Source of the DNA: Sphingobacteriaceae bacterium
GTDB lineage: Bacteria > Bacteroidota > Bacteroidia > B-17B0 > Aurantibacillaceae
Direction of reading: 5' to 3'
NCBI GenBank assembly: GCA_013823565.1
Contig: PNMI01000010.1
Coordinates: forward strand, 3,899 to 67,898
DNA length: 64,000 bases
Part shown: positions 26,769-36,091 of the stretch, piece by piece
How positions within the stretch are numbered: the stretch's first letter is position 1
Layout of the letters: each line of letters opens with the position of its first letter
The notes under the pieces: model-generated
The model's input: only the letters and a program-made list of their open reading frames with translations
What the model was told of the DNA's origin: nothing
Database searches by the model: none
Program-made: the position numbers and the translations under genes

Positions 26769-28346
26769 TTATAATGTATGTAATATAGCTCTGTATAAAC
26801 CTAAATCATCAAACGAATAAGGTTTAGTAATTTGCTCGGCTTTTACTTTTGCTTTTAATAATGATTTTTCTGTTGCTTCTCCCATCGCAATTACTTTTTG
26901 ATGCGGATGAATTTTATTTTTTTCTAAATAAGACTCTGCATTACTAGGACTTGTAAATACTAAGATGTCTGTTGTTTCAGCTACTTCGTGTGGTACTTTT
27001 AAAGCTGCATAAATTGGTAAGTCAATACAGTTTTGTTGTTTTGGAAATTGCCATTGAATAGTGCGCATACTTTCACGAGCCACTGGAAAAACCACCTTGC
27101 CTAAACCAACTCGTGCCGAAAACTGTTTCCCTACTAATTTTGTATCCGTACTTTGTCCAATAAAATCAGCGCGCAAGCCTAATTCACGAATAGCTTGCGA
27201 AGTAGATTTACCGATGCATCCAATTTTAGTATTTCCAATATCAGGTTTTTGCATAAAGAAAAACTCTACGGCATGTTTGCTACTAAAAAACAACCAATCG
27301 CTTTTAGGTAATTCCTTAATCGTTAGTTTCTTTAAATCAATTAAACTTTTGCACTCTACATTAAATCCTAAATTAGTTAACCATCTATTTAAGTTATTGC
27401 TTTCGTGTGCTTCGCGAGAAATAAAAATTGATTTCGAACTGATACGTTGTAAATGTTCAACTATTTTTTCTGGTAAATCTTCAGTATTGGTGGTTTCATA
27501 ATACAGTTGTTTTACTTGTGTGTTCCAAGCATCAGCTGCCGAAACCCAAACCTTAAATAATTTTCGGTCTTGGTCGTTCATCTCTGTGTCACAAAAAACA
27601 CCTAAGGGTAATTGGCAGCCACCATCTAATAAATTTAATACTCGGCGTTCGATGTTGATGTTAATCATCACATCATAATCACACACGGCATCAAATACAT
27701 CACTTAATTTATAATCGTCTTCACGTATTTGCCAAGCTAATACGCCTTGTGCAGGAGCTGGAACAAACTCAGAAGTTTCTAATTGCTCTACAGTAAAATC
27801 AGATAAATCTAATTCTAAACGTTCTAAACCAGCAGCTGCTAATATGATCGCATCATATTGACCTTCTTTTAATTTTTTAATTCGAGTAGGAACATTACCA
27901 CGTAAATCAGTAATTTCCACATCTGGTCTGAATGATAATAATTGTGATTTTCTTCTGGCAGAAGAAGTGCCCACTTTAGCCCTTTCTTTTAAATTAAATT
28001 TTTTGGTGGTGTCTTCTGCTTCATCGCGCATAATTAACCAATCAGCAGGGTTTTCGCGAGAGGAAACGCCTGCAATAATTAATCCATCTGGATTTTCGGT
28101 TGGTAAATCTTTGTGCGAATGAACGGCAACATCAATGGTTTTATTTAATAAGGCTTCTTCTAATTCTTTAGTAAAAAACCCTTTTCCTTCTAATTTATCA
28201 AAACTAGTGTTCCATTGTTGAGAGGTATCACCTTTTGTTTCGATAATTTTTATCTCCACTTCGTGACCTTGTTTTTCTAATAAATCTTTTGTGAAATTAG
28301 CTTGCCAAAGTGCTAAATCGCTACCGCGTGTGCCAATGATAATCAT
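26769..28346 (-). CDS. hemC: bifunctional hydroxymethylbilane synthase / uroporphyrinogen-III synthase (HemC-HemD fusion)
   Basis: 525 aa. The N-terminal ~300 aa is HemC (IIGTRGSDLALWQA, GNVPTRIKKL, GGCQLPLG). The C-terminal ~225 aa is HemD-like (two Rossmann-like halves, FTSPSNAESYL). Confidence 0.85.
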   Translation of the reverse strand: MIIIGTRGSDLALWQANFTKDLLEKQGHEVEIKIIETKGDTSQQWNTSFDKLEGKGFFTKELEEALLNKTIDVAVHSHKDLPTENPDGLIIAGVSSRENPADWLIMRDEAEDTTKKFNLKERAKVGTSSARRKSQLLSFRPDVEITDLRGNVPTRIKKLKEGQYDAIILAAAGLERLELDLSDFTVEQLETSEFVPAPAQGVLAWQIREDDYKLSDVFDAVCDYDVMININIERRVLNLLDGGCQLPLGVFCDTEMNDQDRKLFKVWVSAADAWNTQVKQLYYETTNTEDLPEKIVEHLQRISSKSIFISREAHESNNLNRWLTNLGFNVECKSLIDLKKLTIKELPKSDWLFFSSKHAVEFFFMQKPDIGNTKIGCIGKSTSQAIRELGLRADFIGQSTDTKLVGKQFSARVGLGKVVFPVARESMRTIQWQFPKQQNCIDLPIYAALKVPHEVAETTDILVFTSPSNAESYLEKNKIHPHQKVIAMGEATEKSLLKAKVKAEQITKPYSFDDLGLYRAILHTL

Positions 28347-28433
28347 AGTATTGTAATAAAATTAGAGGCTACAAGATAAGTTATTTTTTTGTCAGTTCGA
28401 GCGGAGTCAAGAACTTTTTTACTTAGTAATAAA

Positions 28434-29678
28434 TTACAAATCTTCTTCTAAAAACACTTTCTTAGCTGTTTTAATTGCCAAAGCATTGTATTTCTTTTCC
28501 ATGTAGCTCAATACCTTGTCAAGTACTTCTTTTCCTTGTGGATCAAGAGTATTCATTTCTTTAGCAAACACTTCGTTTAAGGCTGTTTCTTTAATGTATT
28601 TAATTTGTTTAGGAATTTCTCCAAAAGCTAATTCAATTCTACGTTCTTGAAACAATTGCTTAAACTCTTCAACTTTATTATTGATAATGGCTTTGCAAGC
28701 TTCAATTTCTCCTTCACGTTTCAATAAATTATCAGCAGCTTGTTTTTTTAAGGATTCAATATCAATGTAGTGAACATCGTTCGACTCAATTACTTTTGCA
28801 TCAATATCTGCAGGTATAGCTAAATCTATAATTACTTTCTTAGAAGTATCGTTTCCTATTAATGATTTGTAAATATCATTCGTAACAACAGCCCCTTGAG
28901 CTCCAGTACACGAAATCAATACATCAAAACCTTCTTTAAAATCGCTGATATGAGCTAACTCACGAGCCTTACCGTTTAATTGCTTCGCTAATTTTTCGGC
29001 ATTTTCTAATGTTCTATTAAATACCGTGAAGTTAGCGTATTGATGCTTTTTCAAATACTTAGCCATATTAGCATTAGTTTCTCCAGCGCCAACAAAAACA
29101 ATACGAGCGTTATTTTTAATACCTAAACTACGTAACTGACGGTAAGCCAAAGACACAATAGAAACTGGGTTTTTAGCAATGTCCGTATCGGTATAAACTT
29201 GTTTCGCCGTTTCAATAGTTTGCTTAATGGCTAAACGAATGGTATCACCTGTTAAACCTAATAAATTGCAAAATTCATAGGCTTTACGTACTTGGGTAAT
29301 GATTTCTCTTTCGCCAACGACTAAAGAGTCTAATGATGCAGATACTTCAAACAAATGTGTTAAAGCGTTTTCTCCTTCGTAAGTAATAGTTTTGTCTATT
29401 AAAGCTGTTAAATCTTCCTTAGTTAAACGAGAGTTAACAGAATAAAATAAATCCGATAAAAACTCTGGAGTAATTTCGCGCTCTGTGTTTACCACAAATT
29501 CAACGCGATTGCAAGTACTTAAGAACATTAATTCTTTTAAATCCATTCTGATTTTTAAACCACCTAAATAATCTTGTTGGTGATTTTCATCTAAATGTAA
29601 TTTCCCTATCAACTCTAAAGGAGCTGATTTATGTGTAAGTGAAATTATCTTAAAAGCGTTCATAAATTCCGTATGCAA
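28434..29678 (-). CDS. hemA: glutamyl-tRNA reductase
   Basis: FLSTCNRVEF active-site Cys motif and VGAGETN NADPH site. The true start may be the internal ATG at 29663 (MNAFKIISLTHK...). Confidence 0.9.
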   Translation of the reverse strand: MHTEFMNAFKIISLTHKSAPLELIGKLHLDENHQQDYLGGLKIRMDLKELMFLSTCNRVEFVVNTEREITPEFLSDLFYSVNSRLTKEDLTALIDKTITYEGENALTHLFEVSASLDSLVVGEREIITQVRKAYEFCNLLGLTGDTIRLAIKQTIETAKQVYTDTDIAKNPVSIVSLAYRQLRSLGIKNNARIVFVGAGETNANMAKYLKKHQYANFTVFNRTLENAEKLAKQLNGKARELAHISDFKEGFDVLISCTGAQGAVVTNDIYKSLIGNDTSKKVIIDLAIPADIDAKVIESNDVHYIDIESLKKQAADNLLKREGEIEACKAIINNKVEEFKQLFQERRIELAFGEIPKQIKYIKETALNEVFAKEMNTLDPQGKEVLDKVLSYMEKKYNALAIKTAKKVFLEEDL

Positions 29679-29817
29679 AGGTCGGGAACTCTTGACTTTC
29701 CTGTGTCATCGTATTGTCATAGAGTGGAATTTAAACTAATTCTAAATAAGAAATTAACCCATTTTGGCTTGTATTTAGTTAATCTTTTATGTTACTTAGG
29801 GTGTAAAATCTCATGTC

Positions 29818-31716
29818 ATGCAAATCTCAAGCCTTGAACAGTACCAAAGTGAGTACAAAACATCAGTAGAAAACCCAGAGCTTTTTTGGGAAAATATAGC
29901 CAACGAATTTACTTGGAAACAAAAATGGACCAAAACTTTAGAGTGGAATTTTGATAGTCCAGATGTAAAATGGTTTATTAATGGAAAGTTTAATATTACG
30001 GAAAACGCTATAGATAGACATCTTTCAACAAAAGCAAACCAAACCGCTTTTATCTGGGAACCTAATGCTGTTGATGGAACACATCGTGTCATTACCTATC
30101 AAAATTTACATGACGAAGTGTGCAAAGTGGCAAATACTTTAAAATCTTTAGGAGTAAAAAAAGGAGATAGGGTTTGTATTTACATGCCAATGATACCAGA
30201 AACCGTTTTTGCGATGTTAGCTTGTGCACGCATTGGAGCTGTGCATTCGGTAGTGTTTGCTGGCTTTTCGTCATCAGCCTTAGCCGGCAGAATACAGGAC
30301 AGTGATTGTAAAGTTGTATTAACAACCGATGGCGCTTATCGCGGAGTAAAAGACATTCCCATTAAAGCAGTGGTTGACGAAGCCTTAGAAACTTGTCAAT
30401 GTGTTGAGAAAGTATTAGTTTATAAACATACAGGCACAGAAATTTCTTTAACAGAAAGAGATGTGATTTGGCAAGATATTGTTCCTAACGCTTCAAGTAC
30501 TTGTGCTGTCGAATTAATGGATGCAGAAGACACGCTCTTTATTTTATACACTTCTGGTTCTACAGGCAAACCTAAAGGAGTAGTGCATACGTGTGGTGGT
30601 TATATGGTGTATACCTGTTATACATTTCAAAATGTGTTTCAAATGGATTTGAATGCAGGCTCAAAAGATTTGTTTTGGTGCACAGCAGATGTGGGTTGGA
30701 TTACAGGACATTCGTACATTGCATACGGACCATTATTAGCAGGGGCAAGTTCAGTGATTTTTGAAGGCGTGCCTACATTTCCGGATGCTGGACGTTTTTG
30801 GCAAGTGATTGATAAATATAAAGTAACTCATTTTTATACTGCTCCAACAGCGATTAGAGCTTTAGAAGCAGCAGGATTAGATTTTGTGAACCCATACAAA
30901 TTAGATTCGTTAAAAGTATTGGGAAGTGTTGGAGAGCCCATTAACGAAGAAGCTTGGAATTGGTACAATAAAAACATTGGAAAAGAGAAATGCCCTATTG
31001 TAGATACGTGGTGGCAAACCGAAACAGGCGGTATTTTAATTTCGTCTTTAGCAGGAGTAACACCAGTTAAACCTAGTTTTGCAACTTTGCCAATGCCGGG
31101 GATTCAACCATTATTAGTGGATGAAAAAGGAAATGAAATTTTGGGAAATAATGTAGAAGGAAATTTATGTATTAAATTTCCTTGGCCATCCATGATTCGC
31201 ACCACATATGGAGATCATGATCGTTGCAAGAAAGAATATTTCTCTACTTATCCGGGATTATATTTTACAGGCGATGGTTGCCGTAGAGATGAAAATGGAT
31301 TTTATAGAATAACAGGTCGCGTAGACGATGTGATGAATATTTCGGGGCACCGTATTGGAACAGCAGAAGTTGAAAGTGCCATTAATATGCATGCGGATGT
31401 AGTTGAAAGTGCCGTTGTTGGTTACCCACATGACATTAAAGGACAAGGTATTTATGCCTATGTGATAGCGCCTTCAACCACTAAAAATCACGATAATTTA
31501 CGTAAGGAAATTATTGCTGAGGTCAATAAAATTATTGGCCCAATTGCAAAGCCCGATAAAATCCAAATCGTAAGTGGTTTACCAAAAACACGTAGTGGAA
31601 AAATTATGCGTCGTATCTTACGTAAGGTTGCCGAAGGAGATGTCAGTAATTTAGGAGACACTTCTACATTACTGGACCCGGCAGTTGTTGATGAGATTGT
31701 AAAAGGAAAATTATAA
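29818..31716 (+). CDS. acs: acetyl-CoA synthetase
   Basis: 632 aa. YTSGSTGKPKG, WWQTETGG, YFTGDG, SGHRIGTAEVE, LPKTRSGKIMRR. Confidence 0.95.
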   Translation: MQISSLEQYQSEYKTSVENPELFWENIANEFTWKQKWTKTLEWNFDSPDVKWFINGKFNITENAIDRHLSTKANQTAFIWEPNAVDGTHRVITYQNLHDEVCKVANTLKSLGVKKGDRVCIYMPMIPETVFAMLACARIGAVHSVVFAGFSSSALAGRIQDSDCKVVLTTDGAYRGVKDIPIKAVVDEALETCQCVEKVLVYKHTGTEISLTERDVIWQDIVPNASSTCAVELMDAEDTLFILYTSGSTGKPKGVVHTCGGYMVYTCYTFQNVFQMDLNAGSKDLFWCTADVGWITGHSYIAYGPLLAGASSVIFEGVPTFPDAGRFWQVIDKYKVTHFYTAPTAIRALEAAGLDFVNPYKLDSLKVLGSVGEPINEEAWNWYNKNIGKEKCPIVDTWWQTETGGILISSLAGVTPVKPSFATLPMPGIQPLLVDEKGNEILGNNVEGNLCIKFPWPSMIRTTYGDHDRCKKEYFSTYPGLYFTGDGCRRDENGFYRITGRVDDVMNISGHRIGTAEVESAINMHADVVESAVVGYPHDIKGQGIYAYVIAPSTTKNHDNLRKEIIAEVNKIIGPIAKPDKIQIVSGLPKTRSGKIMRRILRKVAEGDVSNLGDTSTLLDPAVVDEIVKGKL

Positions 31717-31717
31717 G

Positions 31718-31924
31718 ATGAAATTAATATTTATAGGAATTATTTTTACAACAGTAATTTTCACAAAGACTGAAAACATAAAAGTATATGTGTGTGGAGA
31801 AAGTAAAATTTATCACCCAACTAAAGATCATTCCGCTTTGGGTAGGTGTAAACATTCAATATTTGAGATGACAGAAAAAGAAGCGATAAAGCAAGGTAAA
31901 AAAGAATGTAAATGTAAATCATAA
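31718..31924 (+). CDS. small secreted/anchored Cys-His-rich protein (function unknown)
   Basis: 68 aa. N-terminal hydrophobic segment, then VYVCGESKIYHPTKDHSALGRCKHS...KKECKCKS. The ATG lies 1 nt after the acs stop. Confidence 0.5.
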   Translation: MKLIFIGIIFTTVIFTKTENIKVYVCGESKIYHPTKDHSALGRCKHSIFEMTEKEAIKQGKKECKCKS

Positions 31925-31957
31925 AAAACCCCCGAAAATTTCTTCGGGGGTTGTTTT
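31923..31957. terminator. bidirectional Rho-independent terminator
   Basis: CCCCCGAA (31929-36) / TTCGGGGG (31943-50), A-run before and T-rich after. Sits between convergent genes. Confidence 0.8.
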
Positions 31958-31977
31958 GTTGATATATGTTTTAATGA

Positions 31978-33156
31978 TTAATTAAAAGCATTAAATCCAG
32001 TAACATCCATACCTGTAATTAATAAATGGATATCATGAGTTCCTTCGTAAGTAATTACTGATTCTAAGTTCATCATGTGGCGCATAATTGGATACTCACC
32101 AGTAATACCCATGCCACCATGTATTTGACGAGCCTCACGAGCAATTTGTAAAGCCATGTTTACATTGTTACGCTTAGCCATAGAGATTTGAGCAGGAGTT
32201 GCACGGTTCTCGTTTTTTAACTGACCTAAACGGAAGGTTAATAATTGAGCTTTTGTAATTTCTGTAATCATCTCCGCTAATTTTTTTTGTGTTAATTGGA
32301 AAGCGCCAATTGGTTTACCAAATTGGATACGCTCTTTACTGTAACGTAATGCGCTATCATAACAATCCATAGCCGCACCAATTACACCCCAAGCAATACC
32401 AAAACGTGCAGAGTTTAAGCAACCTAAAGGTCCTTTTAATCCTTTTACATTTGGCAATAAATTTTCTTTAGGAACTTTTACATTATCAAATACTAACTCA
32501 CCAGTAGCACTTGCACGTAAACTCCATTTTCCATGAGTTTCAGGAGTTGTAAATCCTTCATATCCTCTTTCAACAATTAAACCTCTTACTTCACCCGCTT
32601 CATCTTTTGCCCAAACTACAGCAATGTCAGCAAATGGAGAATTACTAATCCACATTTTAGCACCGTTTAATAAGTAGTGATCACCTTTATCTTTAAAGTT
32701 AGTAATCATACCATTTGGGTTACTTCCATGATCTGGCTCTGTTAAGCCAAAGCATCCCATTAAATCACCTGTAGCTAATTTTGGTAAATATTTTTTCTTT
32801 TGTTCTTCACTACCATATGCATAAATAGGATACATCACTAATGAACTTTGAACTGATGCAGTAGAACGTAAACCACTATCGCCACGCTCTAATTCTTGCA
32901 TAATAATTCCGTATGATATTTGGTCTAAGCCTGGTCCACCATATTCTGTTGGAATATATGGTCCAAAAGCACCAATCTCTGCTAATCCTTTAATCCATTG
33001 TTTAGGAAACGTTGTTGTTTGACAAGCTTCTTCCACGATTGGAGTTACTTCTTTTTTTACCCATGCGCGGGCAGTATCACGAATTAATTTGTGTTCATCA
33101 CTTAATAATTCGTCCATTAAATAATAATCGTGTGCTTGAAAGTTATCTGTAGCCAT
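31978..33156 (-). CDS. gcdH: acyl-CoA dehydrogenase, glutaryl-CoA dehydrogenase-like
   Basis: GCFGLTEPDHGSNPNGM, the ACAD C-terminal helices, and an N-terminus (LSDEHKLIRDTARAW) like GCDH. Start moved to the ATG at 33156 (MATDNF...), because the ORF-track extension to 33261 runs through the upstream gene's terminator. Confidence 0.85.
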   Translation of the reverse strand: MATDNFQAHDYYLMDELLSDEHKLIRDTARAWVKKEVTPIVEEACQTTTFPKQWIKGLAEIGAFGPYIPTEYGGPGLDQISYGIIMQELERGDSGLRSTASVQSSLVMYPIYAYGSEEQKKKYLPKLATGDLMGCFGLTEPDHGSNPNGMITNFKDKGDHYLLNGAKMWISNSPFADIAVVWAKDEAGEVRGLIVERGYEGFTTPETHGKWSLRASATGELVFDNVKVPKENLLPNVKGLKGPLGCLNSARFGIAWGVIGAAMDCYDSALRYSKERIQFGKPIGAFQLTQKKLAEMITEITKAQLLTFRLGQLKNENRATPAQISMAKRNNVNMALQIAREARQIHGGMGITGEYPIMRHMMNLESVITYEGTHDIHLLITGMDVTGFNAFN

Positions 33157-33240
33157 TTTAAATTTTTTTAAGGTGTGTAATATTACAAAAATCCTATTGA
33201 ACCCACAAAAGAAAAGGGGTTGTTTATTGGGTTCTTGTCT

Positions 33241-33275
33241 AAAAACAAAAAAGCCCCACAAATGTTGTAGGGCTT
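33241..33275 (-). terminator. Rho-independent terminator of the His-rich protein gene
   Basis: On the minus strand, AGCCCTACA / TGTGGGGCT forms an imperfect stem followed by TTTTTTGTTTTT. Confidence 0.65.
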
Positions 33276-33295
33276 TAAAATATATCTAATATTTA

Positions 33296-33637
33296 TTAGT
33301 GATGAGCCTGTTCTTCAGCCTTTACTGGAGTAGCAACGTGTGCTGTATCAGCTTTTACTGTAGTGTCAGCAACAGCAGTATGTTCTTCAACAACAGCATC
33401 GTGAGCCTCTTCAGCATGTTCTGTTCCGTGTGCTGCTATAGCCCCATGTTCACCATGTTTTGATTCACAAGAAGCTTCACATTTTTCTTCATCTTCACAA
33501 CAGCCATGTTTTTTATCACATGTGCTAACTGCTAATAAAATAATTAAGATTGTAACTAATCCTAAAATTAATGGTGTACGAAATGCAACTGGTTTTGCTT
33601 CGTTAGAATGATTGTCGTGATCGTGATGAGAACTCAT
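33296..33637 (-). CDS. membrane-anchored His/Cys/Glu-rich protein (putative metal-binding)
   Basis: 113 aa. MSSHHDHDNH, one TM, CDKKHGCCEDEEKCEASCESKHGEHG, then H-E-A-rich low complexity ending QAHH. Confidence 0.55.
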   Translation of the reverse strand: MSSHHDHDNHSNEAKPVAFRTPLILGLVTILIILLAVSTCDKKHGCCEDEEKCEASCESKHGEHGAIAAHGTEHAEEAHDAVVEEHTAVADTTVKADTAHVATPVKAEEQAHH

Positions 33638-33722
33638 AATAATGTTTTTATTGGTTATTTATATTTTTGGCCTGCCTGTCGGCAGACAGGGTAAAAATAA
33701 TTGAATTATTTATTAATCAAAA

Positions 33723-34835
33723 CTATTGTATCGAAATTTTTATGGATTGTTTACCTTCTAAATTAGACAAATTCAAAATATAGAGACCTTTTGCTAATAA
33801 ATTAAGGTCTAGTATATGCTTATTTTCGATTTCTGTATTATGCATTAACTCTTTAGAAAGTACGATTTTGCCCTGTAAATCCATTATTTCCGCTTTAATA
33901 GTACCATTATCTTTGTTTGTTATTACAGTTATTTGATTGGTTGTGGGATTTGGAAAAACGGAGATGGCTAAGTTTTTTGTTTCTTCTTTTACCCCAACCA
34001 AATTGATGTAGTTATCTCTATATCTTGCTTGATTAGGATTAAAAGTAGTTCCAGTTAATGTTCCAGAAACTTCAAAATACGGAATGTGTTCTCCTGTAGT
34101 TAACCATTGATAACTTCTCACATAATTTGGGAAACCAAAAGCAAAAGGCTGAATGCCAATAATAGGAAGATTTATAGTTCCTTTAAGTGTATCAATAGAA
34201 TATTGAGTGGTTACAACTCTTAAACAACTAACGGTGCCATGAGGAGTAGCAATTGTTCCCCAACCATCAACTTCGGTAATGCGGTGACCTTGTTTGATGT
34301 ATTGAAAAGGAATTAAAGTATTTGAAACGGTTGAAAATCGGAATGTACTAGAATCTCTATCTGTATAATTTAAAGGGAAAAAGTATAATTCATCCTCATT
34401 GGTATAGAAATTAGGAAGCGGAATTCCATTCATTTTTAAACCTAATCCTTCTGTTATAAATTTTGTAGAAGATTTGCTGTAAAAACTGTACACATCTGTT
34501 ATGCTAATAGATGGAATACCTGTAATAGGGATGTTTGGAATTGGAACGGTATCCAATGTTTTTTCGCCATAAGCTGTAAAACCAAAAACAACCGAATACG
34601 GAGTGTTAGGACCTGAAACAAAATCTCTACGACCTTGAGATGTAGGGCGTAAGGTGTCGAAATTCCATGAATAGTTTGCACCAGTTGTAGTGTAATCTCC
34701 AACGGAACTTAAACGCGCATTACTGTATCTAATAGTATCTCCACTAATAGGCATATCAGAAACACTAATACTAATTTGTGATAATAATGAAAGGGTAAAA
34801 AAATTAATAAATAGAATGAGTAAATTTTTTTTCAT
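33723..34835 (-). CDS. secreted protein with a T9SS C-terminal sorting domain
   Basis: C-terminal ~80 aa (ISVFPNPTTNQITV...GLYILNLSNLEGKQSIKISIQ) is a Por_Secre_tail pattern. Start placed at MKKNLLILF (34835), which gives a signal peptide. Confidence 0.7.
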   Translation of the reverse strand: MKKNLLILFINFFTLSLLSQISISVSDMPISGDTIRYSNARLSSVGDYTTTGANYSWNFDTLRPTSQGRRDFVSGPNTPYSVVFGFTAYGEKTLDTVPIPNIPITGIPSISITDVYSFYSKSSTKFITEGLGLKMNGIPLPNFYTNEDELYFFPLNYTDRDSSTFRFSTVSNTLIPFQYIKQGHRITEVDGWGTIATPHGTVSCLRVVTTQYSIDTLKGTINLPIIGIQPFAFGFPNYVRSYQWLTTGEHIPYFEVSGTLTGTTFNPNQARYRDNYINLVGVKEETKNLAISVFPNPTTNQITVITNKDNGTIKAEIMDLQGKIVLSKELMHNTEIENKHILDLNLLAKGLYILNLSNLEGKQSIKISIQ

Positions 34836-34879
34836 AGGTGTAGTAATTAATTTGTAAGCATAAATATACAAATTTTTTA

Positions 34880-35644
34880 TTACCAACTTCCGCCCGAACC
34901 GCCACCACCGCCAGAACCACCTCCAAATCCACCAAAAGACGAGCCGCCGCCGCTTCCACCTCCAAATCCACCAAAAGAAGATCTTCCACCGTAATACGTC
35001 ATGCCGCCACCGCCACCACCTTTGGGTGATTTAATCATGATAAATACAATAATAATCACAATAATCAGGAATAGAATTGGATGCTCACTAATCCAGTTTT
35101 TTAAATCAACCTTTTTCGGATTTGTTTTTTCATTGTATTCTCCTTTAGCCGCTTGCATTAATGCTTGGCAGCCAGCTTCCAATCCTTTAAAAAATTCTTG
35201 GTTTTGAAAGTAGGGAACAATTTGATTTTCTCTTATGTGTTTGGTTTGTATATCTGTAATGGCTCCTTCTAAGCCATAACCAACAGAAATAAAGATTCTT
35301 CTGTCTCCCGAATTACCTGTAGGTTTAATTAAAACAACAACGCCATTATTTTTATCTTTTTGCCCAACTCCCCATTTATTAAGTATTTCAACCGCAAAAG
35401 AGGCATCATCCATGCCATTTAAATCATCAACAATTACAATACAAATTTGATTAGAGGTTTCTAAACTAAAATTTTGTAATTGTTGTTCAAGCTGCTGTTC
35501 TTCTTGAGCGGAAATAAAATTTGGAAACTCTTTGGATAAATTGTTTACTAATCTTGCAGGGCTAGGTCTATCGGGAACTTGCGAAAAAGATAATGAAGCA
35601 AAAAAGCTAACAAAAAAGGTAAGTATCCAAGCTGTTTTTTTCAA
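34880..35644 (-). CDS. TPM-domain (YgcG-like) protein with TM and a Gly-rich tail
   Basis: 254 aa. Signal peptide, TPM fold (QICIVIVDDLNG...VVLIKP...ISVGYGLEG), TM, C-terminal GGFGGGSGGG repeats. Confidence 0.8.
   Translation of the reverse strand: MKKTAWILTFFVSFFASLSFSQVPDRPSPARLVNNLSKEFPNFISAQEEQQLEQQLQNFSLETSNQICIVIVDDLNGMDDASFAVEILNKWGVGQKDKNNGVVVLIKPTGNSGDRRIFISVGYGLEGAITDIQTKHIRENQIVPYFQNQEFFKGLEAGCQALMQAAKGEYNEKTNPKKVDLKNWISEHPILFLIIVIIIVFIMIKSPKGGGGGGMTYYGGRSSFGGFGGGSGGGSSFGGFGGGSGGGGGSGGSW
34917..34978. repeat. 23-bp perfect direct repeat inside the Gly-rich tail coding region
   Basis: CCACCTCCAAATCCACCAAAAGA occurs at 34917-34939 and 34956-34978 (39-bp period, in frame; encodes SSFGGFGGG twice). 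Confidence 0.8.
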
Positions 35645-36079
35645 CTAATAAGAAATTTCGTTAGACAGTTCATTTTTATCGTCAGTTTCAATAGGAAAGT
35701 GCAGTTTTAGTTTTTCACCGCACATTTCTACTGATTTTTCAAGACCCGTCATTAAATCATTTTGTTTAAAATAACTAATAGCGCAATCGGTAATGCTTTT
35801 CCAAAACTCATCAGATACTTTTCGATGAATTCCTTCATCCCCCCATACAGCAAAAGCTTTAGAGTCTACTGCTAAAAAAAACAAAATGGCATTTCTGTCT
35901 TTTGTTTCATGCATTTTTAGTTCTTCAAACTTTTTTTTGCAAGCCTCTATAACATCTCCAGGACATATTTTTTCAATATGCACACGAATCTCTCCCGAAG
36001 TTTTTAATTCGGCCATTTGAATGGCTTTTATTAAACGAGCTTCGTCAGACTTTGATACAAGAGGTTTTTTAGAAAACAT
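35645..36079 (-). CDS. TPM-domain protein (cytoplasmic-type, TLP18.3/Psb32-like)
   Basis: 144 aa. AELKTSGEIRVHI...RNAILFFLAVDSKAFAVWGDEGI. Abuts the downstream gene with no gap. Confidence 0.7.
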   Translation of the reverse strand: MFSKKPLVSKSDEARLIKAIQMAELKTSGEIRVHIEKICPGDVIEACKKKFEELKMHETKDRNAILFFLAVDSKAFAVWGDEGIHRKVSDEFWKSITDCAISYFKQNDLMTGLEKSVEMCGEKLKLHFPIETDDKNELSNEISY

Positions 36080-36091
36080 ATACGCGGAGGA

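Noticed and set aside
29811-30092. 93-aa minus-strand ORF spanning the hemA/acs intergenic region and the acs 5' end.
   Set aside because: It overlaps the well-supported acs N-terminus in antisense and has no motifs. The 139-bp intergenic region is better explained as divergent promoters.
33157-33261. 35-codon N-terminal extension of the acyl-CoA dehydrogenase ORF (MWGFFVFRQEPNKQPLFF...).
   Set aside because: The extension runs through the hairpin and U-tract terminator of the upstream His-rich gene (33241-33275). Homology to GCDH begins only at MATDNF (ATG 33156).
34804-34989. 61-aa ORF (34804-34989, minus strand, alternative reading frame) and 68-aa ORF (35001-35207, plus strand), both across the Gly-rich tail region of the TPM gene.
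   Set aside because: These are by-products of the GGN/CCN repeat composition. They overlap a CDS with a clear TPM domain.
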